This document shows, piece by piece, positions 19,113-29,961 of a stretch of DNA of 64,000 nt (position 1 is the first letter of the stretch; every line of letters starts with the position of its first letter). Both the position numbers and the translations under genes were made by a program. The notes under the pieces were generated by a model, which saw nothing but the letters and a program-made list of their open reading frames with translations, had not been told where the DNA came from and did no database searches. The DNA is taken from NCBI GenBank assembly GCA_043812955.1, contig JBDRLN010000061.1, forward strand, positions 7,231 to 71,230. The letters run 5' to 3'. The stretch comes from Candidatus Omnitrophota bacterium (GTDB lineage Bacteria > Omnitrophota > Gorgyraeia > Gygaellales > Profunditerraquicolaceae).

Positions 19113-19667
19113 TTATTGATCCTTGCGGGAAAAAGGCATTCCAAATAATCTCAAGAATTCTCTGGCCTCTTCTTCGGTCCTGGCATTTTTAATTACAAAG
19201 GTTATATCCATTCCCTGGACCCGGGAAATCCGATCATAATCTATTTCCGGAAAAATACCCTGTTCCGAAAGCCCCAGGGTATAATTACCCGCTTTATCAA
19301 AAGACCTGCTTGGCACCCCCCGGAAATCCCGGATACGCGGAAGAGCTACATTTATCAGCCTATCCATAAATTCATACATCATTGTCTTCCTTAAAGTAAC
19401 TTTACAGCCTATAGGTTGCCCATCCCTAATCTTAAAATTAGCAATAGCCTTCTTGGCCCGGAGCATAATCGGCTTTTGCCCGGTAATAGTGGCTAATTCG
19501 TCCATCGCCTTCTCTAATATTTTAATATCCCCGAGCGCCTCGCCTACGCCCATATTTACCACAATCTTCTCAATCTTGGGGCACGCGTTCTTATTTTTAA
19601 ACTTAAAGGTCTCCATCATCTTCGGAATTATTTCATTGCGATACTTTTCTAGCAATCTCGGCGTCAT
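19113..19667 (-). CDS. rplE: Ribosomal protein L5
   Basis: 184 aa, L5 family. AAGGAGAA lies upstream. Confidence 0.9.
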   Translation of the reverse strand: MTPRLLEKYRNEIIPKMMETFKFKNKNACPKIEKIVVNMGVGEALGDIKILEKAMDELATITGQKPIMLRAKKAIANFKIRDGQPIGCKVTLRKTMMYEFMDRLINVALPRIRDFRGVPSRSFDKAGNYTLGLSEQGIFPEIDYDRISRVQGMDITFVIKNARTEEEAREFLRLFGMPFSRKDQ

Positions 19668-19681
19668 AATATAAGTCCTTA

Positions 19682-19993
19682 TTATATGGTTTCTTTACAA
19701 TTTTTACAAAATCTTATCTTGGTCTTATCTTCTAGGAACTTAAAACCTACGCGGGCCGCCCGACTGCAACCTTTGCAGAAATACATAACATTAGCTATAT
19801 TTAACGGCCTCTCTATAGAAACAATCCCCCCCTGTTGATTGGTCTGAGTCTTACGCATTGCCTTTTTGGCCAGGTTTATGCCCTCAACAATAACCCGGCC
19901 TTCGCCAGCCAATACGCTTAATACCTTGCCTTTTTTGCCTTTGTCCTTGCCTTTAACTACCTGAACAATATCGCCTTTTTTAATCTTTAACAT
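19682..19993 (-). CDS. rplX: Ribosomal protein L24
   Basis: 103 aa, [24 protein letters not shown] (KOW). Confidence 0.9.
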   Translation of the reverse strand: MLKIKKGDIVQVVKGKDKGKKGKVLSVLAGEGRVIVEGINLAKKAMRKTQTNQQGGIVSIERPLNIANVMYFCKGCSRAARVGFKFLEDKTKIRFCKNCKETI

Positions 19994-20147
19994 GTCTTTT
20001 CCTTATATAGTTATTGCTGAAAAACCCAGCAATAACTTTATTTTGGAGATTTTTAAAAAGATTACAGAGATTTATCCGAGGATGTTTAATCTTGTAATCT
20101 GTATTTTAATCGCTGAAATCAAGTTAACACTGCTTTTTCAGTGTTAA
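19994..20147 (-). repeat. Structured rplN-rplX spacer: twin 10-bp hairpins (GTTAACACTG/CAGTGTTAAC and GTTATTGCTG/CAGCAATAAC) flanking family-C-like GATTACAG motifs
   Basis: Seen directly. The first hairpin follows the rplN stop and is followed by UUGAUUU. The second ends 16 nt before the rplX ATG. Confidence 0.7.
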
Positions 20148-20516
20148 CTATATGACTTCCGGGGCCAGGGAAATAATCTTAGTAAAATTCTTCTCGCGCA
20201 ATTCTTTGGCTACCGGGCCAAACACCCTTGTCCCCCTGGGATTCAACTGGGCGTCAATAATCACAATAGCATTACGGTCAAATCGTAGTATCGAACCATC
20301 AGCGCGCCGAATTGCCTCTTTAGTTCTGACTACTACCGCTTTAGCCACCTCTCCCTTTTTAACCACCGCGTCAGGAGATGATTCCTTAACACTGACATTA
20401 ATAATATCGCCGACCACGGCATTCATTGCGTTCTTTTTTCCCAATACTCCTATAAGGGAAGCCCTTTTTGCTCCGGTATTATCCGCTACGTCTAAAATAC
20501 TGCGCAATTGAATCAT
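20148..20516 (-). CDS. rplN: Ribosomal protein L14
   Basis: 122 aa, [17 protein letters not shown]... Confidence 0.9.
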   Translation of the reverse strand: MIQLRSILDVADNTGAKRASLIGVLGKKNAMNAVVGDIINVSVKESSPDAVVKKGEVAKAVVVRTKEAIRRADGSILRFDRNAIVIIDAQLNPRGTRVFGPVAKELREKNFTKIISLAPEVI

Positions 20517-20794
20517 TTTACCTCATCCTTTAATTCAACATTGGGTATCTTGAATTTTTTCAAGATCTCCAGGACCCGGAAACGTTTATCTTTAGATATA
20601 GGCCTGGTCTCTTCGATCTTAACCGTATCGCCTACCTTAGCCATATTATGCTCATCATGGGCCTTAAATTTATTAAACCGTTTCATGATCTTGCCGTACT
20701 TGGGATGCTTACTAAGATGCATAATCTTCACTATAACCGTTTTCATCATTTTGTCGCTGATAACCGTGCCTGTAAATTCTTTGCGCTTACCCAT
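20513..20794 (-). CDS. rpsQ: Ribosomal protein S17
   Basis: 93 aa, S17 OB fold, overlaps rplN by 4 nt. Confidence 0.9.
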   Translation of the reverse strand: MGKRKEFTGTVISDKMMKTVIVKIMHLSKHPKYGKIMKRFNKFKAHDEHNMAKVGDTVKIEETRPISKDKRFRVLEILKKFKIPNVELKDEVK

Positions 20795-20828
20795 TTATTT
20801 TCTCTTTCTTTCTTTTGAATAATCCGTA

Positions 20829-21014
20829 TTATTTCTTTTCGCTTAAAATTGTTTTTATCCTGACAATATCCCTTTTAATTAATGAGAACCTGTGCGGTTT
20901 TTCTACCTGGCCGCCGTAACGCTGTAGGTTCATCTTATACAAATCCTCTTTAAGGGTTTTTTCTTTATTTATTAATTCTTCTCTGGATAGATTACGCAGC
21001 TCTTGTATCTTCAC
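20829..21014 (-). CDS. rpmC: Ribosomal protein L29 (GTG start)
   Basis: MKIQELRNLSREEL... The start codon GTG is at rc 21012-21014, embedded in the family-E hairpin arm. Confidence 0.85.
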   Translation of the reverse strand: MKIQELRNLSREELINKEKTLKEDLYKMNLQRYGGQVEKPHRFSLIKRDIVRIKTILSEKK

Positions 21015-21110
21015 CCCGCACCTTCCTTTTTTTCATAATTCTAAAACAGTTTGCCTTAAGGAATCTAATCTTTTGGAAGGTGCGGGGTTCATCCAGCACC
21101 TTCCTACTTA
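21014..21110 (-). repeat. Family-E element, copy 1: 13-bp GC hairpin (CCCCGCACCTTCC / GGAAGGTGCGGGG) plus a third CACCTTCC copy
   Basis: Plus 21014-21026 is the reverse complement of 21075-21087, and the motif recurs at 21097-21104. The mRNA 3' arm contains the rpmC SD and the first base of its GUG. Confidence 0.8.
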
Positions 21111-21518
21111 TTATTTATGCGCCCTGGTTACAAATTTAGTTTTAAATGGTAATTTATAAGCTATTAACCTGAAACACCTGCGGGCATACTCTTCCGGAAT
21201 ACCGCTTAACTCAAATAGTATTCTGCCTCTTTTAATAACACATACCCAATGATCAATATCGCCTTTGCCTTTACCCATACGTACTTCTGCCGGTTTTTTG
21301 GTTATAGATTTATCCGGAAAAACCCTAATCCATAGCCTCCCGCCTTTATGTAATTGCCTGGTCAGAACTACCCGACAGGCCTCAATCGTATTGTTCTTAA
21401 GCCAGCCGTTAACTAAAACCTTTAATCCAAACTCACCAAATGCCAGCTCCGCACCCCTGGTGGCTATTCCCCGGCGCTGTCCTTTTTGCAACTTCCTATA
21501 TTTTACTCTTTTGGGCAT
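21111..21518 (-). CDS. rplP: Ribosomal protein L16
   Basis: L16 homology from [17 protein letters not shown]. The track start at 21527 (MAL...) is also possible. Confidence 0.85.
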   Translation of the reverse strand: MPKRVKYRKLQKGQRRGIATRGAELAFGEFGLKVLVNGWLKNNTIEACRVVLTRQLHKGGRLWIRVFPDKSITKKPAEVRMGKGKGDIDHWVCVIKRGRILFELSGIPEEYARRCFRLIAYKLPFKTKFVTRAHK

Positions 21519-21556
21519 TAAAGCCATATCAATCTCGCTTTTGGTTTGTTTTTATT

Positions 21557-22252
21557 TTAAATACTCGTTTTTTTATTTATTGCTGTATCGGCCGATATAC
21601 GCAAATCTCTGGCTGCCGCCTCTTTACCCAGAATATCGCCTTTATAAAGCCAAACCTTCACTCCGATCAAACCATAAGTAGTAAAGGCCTCGGAAAATCC
21701 ATAATCAATATCCGCGCGTAAAGTATGCAGGGGAACCTTGCCCTGCTTATAAGTCTCAGTCCGGCACATCTCAGCGCCGTTTAACCTTCCGGCAGTGGAT
21801 ATCTTTACGCCTTTAGCCCCCGCGGACATGGTTTGTTCAATCGCCCTTTTTACCGCCCTGCGGAAAGCCACCCTTTTCTCTAGCTGCATTGTAATATTCT
21901 CAGATACCAGCTGGGCATCCATAGCCGCATTTTTGATCTCCTCTATATCTATAGAGATCTCGCGTTTAACCATACTGTTAATATCTTCCCTTAATTTTTC
22001 AATATCTGCGCCATGGCGGCCGATGATTATACCCGGCCTGGCTGACTGAATCCTAATCTTAACCTTTTCAGTCAACCTCTCAATTATTACTCTGGCAACT
22101 GCCGCTTGTTTAAACTTAGTTTTAATGAATTTACGGATGTTAAAATCCTCAAACACAAACTTAGCATAATCCTTTTTTCCGGCGAACCAGCGGCTATGCC
22201 AATTTTTAGTGAAACCTATCCTTAATAACAGCGGGCTGCATTTCCTTCCCAT
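21557..22252 (-). CDS. rpsC: Ribosomal protein S3
   Basis: 231 aa, KH domain ...[17 protein letters not shown]... Confidence 0.9.
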   Translation of the reverse strand: MGRKCSPLLLRIGFTKNWHSRWFAGKKDYAKFVFEDFNIRKFIKTKFKQAAVARVIIERLTEKVKIRIQSARPGIIIGRHGADIEKLREDINSMVKREISIDIEEIKNAAMDAQLVSENITMQLEKRVAFRRAVKRAIEQTMSAGAKGVKISTAGRLNGAEMCRTETYKQGKVPLHTLRADIDYGFSEAFTTYGLIGVKVWLYKGDILGKEAAARDLRISADTAINKKTSI

Positions 22253-22256
22253 TATT

Positions 22257-22589
22257 TTATCCTTTCAAATCCAGCTCAATTTTAACGTGACAAGTTCTTC
22301 TCTTTATCGGTGTAGCCCTGCCGAATGCCGCGGCCTTATACCTCTTCCAAGCCGGCCCGACATTACAAATAATCATGGATATATATAATTGCCGCGCCTC
22401 GAAACCCTTTATTTTTGCATTAGCGATAGCGCTACGCAATACTTTTATTAAACTTTCTTTAGGTCTTTTATTTAAATTAACCAAGATCGCCTCCGCTTCC
22501 TGAACATCCTTATTCCGGATTAAATTCATGACTTCGCGCATCTTGGGTGGCGAAATTTTTATATGCTTATTTTCAGCTTTTACAATCAT
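22257..22589 (-). CDS. rplV: Ribosomal protein L22
   Basis: 110 aa, L22 family. Confidence 0.9.
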   Translation of the reverse strand: MIVKAENKHIKISPPKMREVMNLIRNKDVQEAEAILVNLNKRPKESLIKVLRSAIANAKIKGFEARQLYISMIICNVGPAWKRYKAAAFGRATPIKRRTCHVKIELDLKG

Positions 22590-22598
22590 TTGATTATT

Positions 22599-22725
22599 AG
22601 ATAGTAGTTAGTAGGCAATATGTAGGAATAACCTAATCCCTTTTTTGCTACTTACATTGTTATTTATTTTTTTTAGTAGGCTTCTTTGGGATACCCTAAT
22701 CCCTACCTACTACATGCTACATACT
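22599..22725. repeat. Family-F element, copy 1 (CCCTAAT...CCTACCTACTACAT[G/A]CTA core with GTAG/CTAC-rich inverted arms)
   Basis: A 140-bp spacer between rpsS and rplV, which are normally adjacent genes. The arms are agtagttagtaggcaatatgtagg ... cctacctactacatgctacatact, and ccctaatccc appears twice. Confidence 0.75.
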
Positions 22726-22729
22726 GTTT

Positions 22730-23017
22730 TTAGGTCTTTTCGGCCGCCTTCTTGGCCTTGACACCGCCGTGCTTTCTGAATATCCGGCTGAAAGAAAACT
22801 CCCCTAATTTATGCCCAACCATATTCTCAGTCACAAATACCGGGATATGTTTTCTCCCGTCATATACCGCAAAGGTAAATCCCACAAAATCCGGTATGAT
22901 CGTTGAACGCCTGGACCAGGTCTTAATTGCCTGGCGTCCGCCGGAAATACGCATCCGGTCAACTTTTTTAATCAACTTCTCTTCTACAAACGGTCCTTTT
23001 TTTAATGAGCGCGGCAT
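22730..23017 (-). CDS. rpsS: Ribosomal protein S19
   Basis: 95 aa, [15 protein letters not shown]... Confidence 0.9.
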   Translation of the reverse strand: MPRSLKKGPFVEEKLIKKVDRMRISGGRQAIKTWSRRSTIIPDFVGFTFAVYDGRKHIPVFVTENMVGHKLGEFSFSRIFRKHGGVKAKKAAEKT

Positions 23018-23023
23018 AGGCCT

Positions 23024-23857
23024 TTATCCTCTCCTTTTAATAATAAATTTATTGGAATATTTAGTCCGGTTGCGCGTCCGGTAACCTTTGGTCGGTTTGC
23101 CCCAAGGAGTTACGGGATGAGGATTACCCTGTCCCGACTTTCCTTCACCGCCGCCGTGCGGATGGTCTACCGGGTTCATCGCTAAACCTCTTACCCTAGG
23201 CATAAAACCTAACCAGCGGTTCCTTCCGGCCTTGCCGATATTAATCGCTCCATTTTCAATATTGCCTAACTGGCCTATTGTGGCATGGCAATCCAAATAA
23301 ATTAATCTTACCTCTCCTGAAGGAAGCTTTAAATGGGCACACGCGCCTTCTTTAGCCATAATCTGAGCGGATGTTCCCGCGCTTCTAACAATCTGCCCGC
23401 CCTTACCAGCAGTTAATTCGATATTATGGATCATTGTTCCTTGAGGAATATGCCTTAAGATCAGACAATTACCCACCTTGATTTCAGCCGACTTCTGATT
23501 AGAAGTAATAACTTCATCCCCGACTTTTAAACCAATAGGCGCCAGTATATATCTCTTTTCTTTATTCGGATATTCAACTAAAGCGATCCTGGCTGTCCGG
23601 TTAGGGTCATATTCAATAGCCAAAACCTTGGCCGGTGTATCCAGTATATTCCTTTTAAAATCAATTAACCTAAGCATCCGCTTATGCCCGCCGCCGCGCC
23701 ATCTGGCGGTAACCCGACCGTAATTATTCCTGCCACCGGTTTTCTTGATCGGCGTGATTAGGGATTTTTCCGGCTCGGTCTTGGTAATATCAGAAAAATC
23801 ATGGCCGTTCATAAAACGTCTTGAAGGTGTGGTTGGTCTGTATTTTTTTATTCCCAT
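23024..23857 (-). CDS. rplB: Ribosomal protein L2
   Basis: L2 homology from [14 protein letters not shown]. The 26-aa track extension overlaps the family-D repeat and is probably untranslated. Confidence 0.85.
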   Translation of the reverse strand: MGIKKYRPTTPSRRFMNGHDFSDITKTEPEKSLITPIKKTGGRNNYGRVTARWRGGGHKRMLRLIDFKRNILDTPAKVLAIEYDPNRTARIALVEYPNKEKRYILAPIGLKVGDEVITSNQKSAEIKVGNCLILRHIPQGTMIHNIELTAGKGGQIVRSAGTSAQIMAKEGACAHLKLPSGEVRLIYLDCHATIGQLGNIENGAINIGKAGRNRWLGFMPRVRGLAMNPVDHPHGGGEGKSGQGNPHPVTPWGKPTKGYRTRNRTKYSNKFIIKRRG

Positions 23858-23866
23858 GTTTTGTCT

Positions 23867-23933
23867 CGGTTTGCGGTTTGCGGCTTTCGGGTTTCGGCCT
23901 AAAACTTTTCCCGTACACCGAACACCGATAACC
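23867..23933. repeat. Family-D element, copy 2
   Basis: cggtttgcggtttgcggctttcgggtttcgg ... cccgtacaccgaacaccgataacc. It sits between rplW and rplB. Confidence 0.75.
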
Positions 23934-23939
23934 AATTGT

Positions 23940-24218
23940 CTATGCGATTTCTATCTTTTGGCCCTTCTTTAGGGTAACTATCGCTTTTTTAAAATCAGGC
24001 TTCTTCCCATACTGATGCCTGACCCGGGTCAACTTTCCCGGGGATATAATCGTATTTACGCATTTAACTTTTACTTTATAAATCTCTTCTACCGCGTGTT
24101 TAATCTGAATCTTATTACCCGCTTTATCCACCAGAAAGAGGTATTTTCCGCCGGGTTCCTGCAAACTTGATTTTTCAGTCCTGATCAAAGCCTTGATTAT
24201 ATCATAAGAAGATATCAT
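23940..24218 (-). CDS. rplW: Ribosomal protein L23
   Basis: 92 aa. Confidence 0.9.
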   Translation of the reverse strand: MISSYDIIKALIRTEKSSLQEPGGKYLFLVDKAGNKIQIKHAVEEIYKVKVKCVNTIISPGKLTRVRHQYGKKPDFKKAIVTLKKGQKIEIA

Positions 24219-24850
24219 TTATTGACCCTCTCTATTAATTCCTTAAGACCCTCCCTAGTAATGATTATTTTATCGGCATTCAGGATCTGATAAGTATTGG
24301 TGTTCCTGATCAAATCCAAAATCAAAGAATCTATATTATTAAACGCCATCTTTAATTCTTTATCTATTTTGTTTAATAAAATCAGAATTTTTACATCCGC
24401 TGATTTTAGCTTTAAATTCGTCAAAATCTTTGCTGCTTCCTTAGTCTTGGGCCCCTTAATTTTTAAATCATCCAGCAGCACTAAGCTATTTTCTTTAATC
24501 TTAGCTCCCACTACCGATTTTAAAGCGACTCTCCTAATTTTATCCGGAAGGGTATAAGAAAAATCCCTCGGGTGGGGCCCAAACACTACGCCGCCGTGAC
24601 GCCAGAGAGGCGAACGTATCGAACCTACCCTGGCCCGGCCGGTTCCTTTTTGTTTCCAGGGTTTCCTTCCGCCGCCGGAAACTTCACCTCTGGTTTTAGT
24701 CGAAGCCAGACCCTTGCGTTGATTTGCCAGGTAGCACTTAACCACCTGATGAATAGCGCCTTCGCTATTGCCTTCATTAAAAATTGAATCGTCCAAAGTA
24801 AACGTTTCAATTTCTTTTCCTTCAACATTATATACGGGTAGATTCATCAT
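24215..24850 (-). CDS. rplD: Ribosomal protein L4
   Basis: 211 aa. Confidence 0.9.
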   Translation of the reverse strand: MMNLPVYNVEGKEIETFTLDDSIFNEGNSEGAIHQVVKCYLANQRKGLASTKTRGEVSGGGRKPWKQKGTGRARVGSIRSPLWRHGGVVFGPHPRDFSYTLPDKIRRVALKSVVGAKIKENSLVLLDDLKIKGPKTKEAAKILTNLKLKSADVKILILLNKIDKELKMAFNNIDSLILDLIRNTNTYQILNADKIIITREGLKELIERVNK

Positions 24851-25524
24851 TTCTTTTTAGCTAGTTGTTTTGCTGTTTTTAAAGGAACTACAGGCGTAAC
24901 TTTTACCTTCTTCTTTATGGCGGTTTTGATTAACAAATAATTATCGTTATTCCCCGGCACAGCCCCTTTTATCGCCAATATATTGTTTTGCGCATCTACC
25001 TTGATTATCTCCAGGTTCTGGACTGTAGCCTTACGCATACCCATATGGCCGGGAAGATGATGGCCTTTCCATACCCTTCCCGGAGTAGTCGAAGAGCCCA
25101 TTGATCCTACCCGGCGATGAGAAGTTGAACCATGAGTCATCGGTCCTCCTTGCCAATGCCAGCGTTTCATTCCACCCTGAAAACCCTTGCCAATGCTAAT
25201 TCCAGACACATCCACAAAATCACCCGGCTTAAATATGTCTGCTTTTAATTCGTCTCCGACTTTATATTCTTTACCCGAATCCTTTTTAATATCGCGGATT
25301 AGCTTTTGGCAGACGATATTTAATTTCTTAAAATATCCGGATTGGGGTTTCTTAAGTTTTTTTTCGTTGATGACATCAAAACCCACCTGCAGGGATTTAT
25401 CCCTAACCGCTAAAACTGGACATGGCCCCGCTTCCACAACCGTGACCGGAACCATTACTCCCTCTTCGGTATAGATGTGCGTCATTCCAACTTTTTTTCC
25501 TAGTATGCTAATCATTTTATCCAA
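24847..25524 (-). CDS. rplC: Ribosomal protein L3
   Basis: 225 aa. Confidence 0.9.
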   Translation of the reverse strand: MDKMISILGKKVGMTHIYTEEGVMVPVTVVEAGPCPVLAVRDKSLQVGFDVINEKKLKKPQSGYFKKLNIVCQKLIRDIKKDSGKEYKVGDELKADIFKPGDFVDVSGISIGKGFQGGMKRWHWQGGPMTHGSTSHRRVGSMGSSTTPGRVWKGHHLPGHMGMRKATVQNLEIIKVDAQNNILAIKGAVPGNNDNYLLIKTAIKKKVKVTPVVPLKTAKQLAKKK

Positions 25525-25588
25525 TCAGTATAGGGAAAGAGTAATTGGTGATCTTTTATATTATCACTTAACTCTTATCCCTTAACAC

Positions 25589-25888
25589 TTACTTTATTTC
25601 TACATCCACTCCAGCCGGAAGATTCAACTTCCTCAAGGCATCAATGGTCTTGGATGTCGGTTCATAGATATCGATAAGCCGTTTGTGCGTGGATATCTGA
25701 AATTGCTCCCGCGACTTCTTATCAATAACCGGCCCACGCAAAACCGTATAAACCTCCCTTTTAGTAGGAAGCGGCAAAGGCCCGCAGATAGAAGCCCCTG
25801 TACGTTTTACAGTATCCACTATCTCCTCTGTCGCCTGATCTAATAGGCGGTGGTCATAAGCCTTTAATTTTATCCTGATTTTCTGCAT
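25589..25888 (-). CDS. rpsJ: Ribosomal protein S10
   Basis: 99 aa, [17 protein letters not shown]... Confidence 0.9.
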   Translation of the reverse strand: MQKIRIKLKAYDHRLLDQATEEIVDTVKRTGASICGPLPLPTKREVYTVLRGPVIDKKSREQFQISTHKRLIDIYEPTSKTIDALRKLNLPAGVDVEIK

Positions 25889-25902
25889 ATTAATTTAGTC
25901 AG

Positions 25903-27108
25903 TTATGCTATAACCTCAATAACAACACCCGCTCCAACTGTACGCCCGCCTTCACGGATTGCAAAACGGGATTCCTTTTCCATAGCAACAGGCTGAATCA
26001 GCTCGACCTCCAAAACCACATTATCCCCGGGCATAACCATCTCCACTCCCTCAGGAAGTTTTGACGATCCGGTGACATCGGTGGTTCGGAAATAAAACTG
26101 CGGCCGGTATCCCGAGAAAAAAGGAGTATGCCTTCCGCCTTCTTCTTTGGTTAAAACGTAAACCTGGGACTTAAATTTGGTATGGGGAGTAATGGATTTG
26201 GGGGCAGCAATAACCATACCGCGCTCAATATCATTCTTATCCACACCTCTTAAAAGCAGGCCTACATTATCCCCGGCCTGGCCTTCTTCCAGAAGCTTAC
26301 GAAACATTTCAATACCCGTAACCACTGTTTTCTTGATCTCTGGTTTTAACCCGATTATCTCTACTTCATCATTGAGTTTGACTTTACCGCGTTCGATCCT
26401 GCCGGTGCCTACTGTCCCTCTTCCTTCGATAGTAAATACATCTTCAACCGCCATCAAAAGGGGCTTATCCAGCTCTCTAACCGGTAAAGGTATAAACTCA
26501 TCACAAGCCTTCAACAAATCCATAATCGGTTTAATATCCGGGCTATTCGGATCGCCGGCTGCCTGCATTGCCTTTAATGAACTACCTCTGATGATCGGAG
26601 TTTTATCCCCTGGATAACCGTACTTGGTCAGAAGGTCTCTTACCTCCATCTCCACCAGGTCAACTAATTCCGGATCAGTAACCAAATCTACTTTATTTAA
26701 AAACACTACCATTGACGGCACATTGACCTGACGGGCCAAAAGGATATGCTCCCTGGTCTGAGGCATCGGGCCATCAACGGCTGAAACTACCAGTATCGCC
26801 CCGTCCATCTGGGCGGCTCCGGTAATCATATTCTTGATATAATCAGCATGGCCTGGGCAGTCAATATGGGCATAGTGGCGATTGTCGGTTTCATATTCCA
26901 CGTGGGCAACCGAAATAGTAACTACCTTGGTCTCATCTCTTACTGTGCCACCCTTAGCGATATCCGCGTAATCACGGGCAGTAGCCTTACCTAACTTGGC
27001 CAATACATGGGTAATAGCCGCAGTCAGAGTAGTCTTGCCGTGATCGATGTGGCCGATTGTTCCAATGTTTGCGTGAGGTTTATTCCTTACAAATTTTTCT
27101 TTAGCCAT
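25903..27108 (-). CDS. tuf: Elongation factor Tu
   Basis: 401 aa. [18 protein letters not shown] and NKVD motifs. Confidence 0.95.
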   Translation of the reverse strand: MAKEKFVRNKPHANIGTIGHIDHGKTTLTAAITHVLAKLGKATARDYADIAKGGTVRDETKVVTISVAHVEYETDNRHYAHIDCPGHADYIKNMITGAAQMDGAILVVSAVDGPMPQTREHILLARQVNVPSMVVFLNKVDLVTDPELVDLVEMEVRDLLTKYGYPGDKTPIIRGSSLKAMQAAGDPNSPDIKPIMDLLKACDEFIPLPVRELDKPLLMAVEDVFTIEGRGTVGTGRIERGKVKLNDEVEIIGLKPEIKKTVVTGIEMFRKLLEEGQAGDNVGLLLRGVDKNDIERGMVIAAPKSITPHTKFKSQVYVLTKEEGGRHTPFFSGYRPQFYFRTTDVTGSSKLPEGVEMVMPGDNVVLEVELIQPVAMEKESRFAIREGGRTVGAGVVIEVIA

Positions 27109-27135
27109 TACGTCACCTCCTGATTTTAATAAGGC

Positions 27136-29232
27136 TTAACGTTGTTTTTGTCCTGAAGAGGCAAAACCCGATATAATTTTTTCAGATATATATAAAGGCA
27201 CCTCAGTGTAGTATGAGGGCTCCATTGTATAAGACGCGCGGCCCTGAGTCAAAGACCTGGATACCGTAGCGTAATTAAATATTTCAGCCAGGGGGACAAA
27301 TGTCTTGATCGCCCGGACATTAGCCCTGGGGTTGATCGAGACTATCTTGGCCCGACGAGAGCTTAAATCACCGATTATCACCCCCATAAATTCTTCAGGA
27401 ACAATTATCTCCATATTCATGATCGGCTCTAATAATACCGGATGGGCCTTGCGCATGCCGTCGGATAAAGCGATACTGGCAGCCATTTTAAAAGCCATTT
27501 CCGAGGAATCTACTTCATGAAACGATCCATCCACTAGTATAACCTTAACATCGGTAACCGGGTAATTAGCTAATACCCCGCTCTTGGCCCGGTCAAAAAT
27601 ACCGTCTTTTACCGAAGGTATAAACTCCTGGGGGATCGCCCCGCCTTTTATTTTATTTTCAAATGTGATTCCGGCGCCCGGTGCCTCCTGAGGCTCTATC
27701 TCAATAACTACATGTCCGTATTGACCCCTGCCGCCGGATTGCTGGATAAATTTTCCGGTAGAGGTAACTTTCTTAGTAATAGTCTCCCGGTAGGCGACTT
27801 CCGGAAACCCGGTCTGGACTTGGACATTAAATTCCCTAAATATCCTATCGGCAATAATCTCCAGATGTAATTGCCCCATTCCTGATATTACAGTCTGCCC
27901 GGTTTCATGGTTATAATTTACCCTGAAAGACGGGTCCTCTTCTACTAATTTATGCAAAGCCATACCCAATTTTTCCTGGTCATTCTTGGTCTTAGGCTCG
28001 ATCGCCTGCTGAATCACTGGCTCAGGAAAACGCATCGCCTCAATTAATATTGGGTTAGACTCTTCACAAAGCGTATCACCGGTTTTAGTGTCTTTTAAAC
28101 CCACGGCAGCTACAATATCGCCGGCAAAAGCCGATTCGATTATCTCTTGGCGGTTAGCGTGCATTCTCAATAATTTAGTAATTCTTTCTTTTTCTCTTTT
28201 GGATGCGTTATAAATATATTTACCTGAATTTAAAGTCCCGGAGTATATCCGGATATAATTGAGTTTACCAACAAAGGGATCAGTAGCGACCTTAAAGCAG
28301 AACGCACAAAAAGGGGCTTTCTCGCTAACCAGGATCTCCTCGAATTCGCCAGTCTTAGGATTGGTCCCTTTGATCGGAGGAACATCCTTAGGAGACGGAA
28401 GGTAATCACCGACGGCATCCAAGAGCATCTGAACGCCTTTATTTCTGAATGAAGAACCACAAAGAACTGGAATAAATTTATTCAAAGACACCGTCCTACG
28501 GATCACTTCTTTAATTTTAAGCGTAGTAATTTCTTGCTGGTGAAGATAAATCTCCAACATCTCGTCATCAACTTCAGCCAACTTCTCAATCAATAGGTTG
28601 CGGTAATGCTGTGCATCTTTCTTCAATTCTTCGGGTATCTCCAAAACCTCAAATTCCTTGCCGGTCTCTTCTTTATAGACTATAAGCTTATTCTCAACCA
28701 GATCGACTAGACCGTTAAAATTCTCTGCCTGGCCAAAGGGAAGCTGAATAGCTGCAGCGTTTGCCCCTAACATTTTATGCATCTGGTTAATTGTTTCTAT
28801 GAAATTCGCGCCGGTTCGGTCCATCTTGTTGACAAATGCGATCCGGGGTACACCGTAACGATCAGCCTGACGCCAGACTGTCTCTGATTGGGGCTCTACC
28901 CCGCCTACTCCGCAAAATACTATAATGGCCCCGTCTAAAACCTTAAGCGACCTCTCCACTTCCACGGTAAAATCAACGTGTCCGGGAGTATCGATAATAC
29001 TGATATAAAAATCCTTCCATAAACAGGTAGTAGCGGCAGCGGTAATAGTGATACCCCTCTCCTGCTCCTGAGCCATCCAATCCATTGTCGCTGTGCCTTC
29101 ATTAACCTCGCCTATCTTATAGGTCCTGCCGGTATAATAAAGGATCCGCTCGGTAGTAGTCGTCTTACCAGCGTCGATATGGGCGATGATCCCGATATTC
29201 CTGATCCTGTCTAATGGTATATGTCTATTCAT
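27136..29232 (-). CDS. fusA: Elongation factor G
   Basis: 698 aa. [13 protein letters not shown] and DTPGHVDF motifs. Confidence 0.95.
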   Translation of the reverse strand: MNRHIPLDRIRNIGIIAHIDAGKTTTTERILYYTGRTYKIGEVNEGTATMDWMAQEQERGITITAAATTCLWKDFYISIIDTPGHVDFTVEVERSLKVLDGAIIVFCGVGGVEPQSETVWRQADRYGVPRIAFVNKMDRTGANFIETINQMHKMLGANAAAIQLPFGQAENFNGLVDLVENKLIVYKEETGKEFEVLEIPEELKKDAQHYRNLLIEKLAEVDDEMLEIYLHQQEITTLKIKEVIRRTVSLNKFIPVLCGSSFRNKGVQMLLDAVGDYLPSPKDVPPIKGTNPKTGEFEEILVSEKAPFCAFCFKVATDPFVGKLNYIRIYSGTLNSGKYIYNASKREKERITKLLRMHANRQEIIESAFAGDIVAAVGLKDTKTGDTLCEESNPILIEAMRFPEPVIQQAIEPKTKNDQEKLGMALHKLVEEDPSFRVNYNHETGQTVISGMGQLHLEIIADRIFREFNVQVQTGFPEVAYRETITKKVTSTGKFIQQSGGRGQYGHVVIEIEPQEAPGAGITFENKIKGGAIPQEFIPSVKDGIFDRAKSGVLANYPVTDVKVILVDGSFHEVDSSEMAFKMAASIALSDGMRKAHPVLLEPIMNMEIIVPEEFMGVIIGDLSSRRAKIVSINPRANVRAIKTFVPLAEIFNYATVSRSLTQGRASYTMEPSYYTEVPLYISEKIISGFASSGQKQR

Positions 29233-29240
29233 ATTTTTCC

Positions 29241-29313
29241 GGGACGGTTCTCAAACCAAAGCTAAAGTGTCCCTTTTTTGGGGACAGTTTAAGATCAGTT
29301 TCAGAACCGTCCC
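29241..29313 (-). repeat. Family-G nested hairpin element, copy 1 (outer GGGACGGTTCT/AGAACCGTCCC, inner TGTCCC-tttttt-GGGACA)
   Basis: It fills the rpsG-fusA spacer (29233-29325) and ends 8 nt before the fusA ATG. Its homologue at 55376-55448 is about 85% identical. Confidence 0.8.
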
Positions 29314-29325
29314 TGCATTTAAAAT

Positions 29326-29796
29326 TTACCACCTAAAATGGGCAAAGGCCTTATTTGAATCTGCCATTTTATGTGTATCATCTCTCTTCTTAATCGCCGA
29401 ACCTTCTCCCTTATACGCTGACATGATCTCGTCGGCCAATTTCTCTTTCATGGTTTTACCTTTTTTATTCTTGGCAAAATCCCTTATCCAGCGTAAAGCG
29501 ATCGATGCCCCGCGGTCCTGCCTTACTTCGATCGGAACCTGATAAGTCGCTCCACCTACCCTACGGGGCTTTACTTCTAAGCGCGGCCGGACATTATCAA
29601 TAGCTTTATTAAAAACCTTTATCACATCTGGTTCATTAAGGTATTTTTTTACGGATTCAAATGCTCCGTAAACTATCCTTTCAGCCACCGATTTTTTACC
29701 TTCCAACATAACCATATTGATAAATTTACCAACTATCTTATTGTTATATTTGGGATCTGATAAAGTTTCTTTCTTGAATACCCTTTTTCTTCTCAT
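29326..29796 (-). CDS. rpsG: Ribosomal protein S7
   Basis: 156 aa. Confidence 0.9.
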   Translation of the reverse strand: MRRKRVFKKETLSDPKYNNKIVGKFINMVMLEGKKSVAERIVYGAFESVKKYLNEPDVIKVFNKAIDNVRPRLEVKPRRVGGATYQVPIEVRQDRGASIALRWIRDFAKNKKGKTMKEKLADEIMSAYKGEGSAIKKRDDTHKMADSNKAFAHFRW

Positions 29797-29961
29797 TTAT
29801 TCTCTTTCCTGGTATAATCATCAGGTATAAATTTTGGGGATTATACCTGATTACTGAGATTAATAAAGATTGCAGCGATTAAACTTCTGTCTTTTATCTC
29901 TGTAATCTGCCTTTTAATCACTGTAATCAGACATCCTCATTACTTCTTATTACAGGATGTC
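29797..29961 (-). repeat. Family-C structured spacer (165 nt) between rpsL and rpsG
   Basis: Homologous to 16205-16467. The last ~85 nt before the rpsG ATG are ~93% identical to the last ~85 nt before the secY ATG. Confidence 0.8.

Noticed and set aside
26177-26617. 146-aa plus-strand ORF inside tuf. Similar long antisense ORFs lie inside rpoC/rpoB (32206-32571, 33538-33999, 35370-35735).
   Set aside because: They are antisense to universally conserved genes. Their Ser/Leu/Pro-rich composition is typical of shadow frames.
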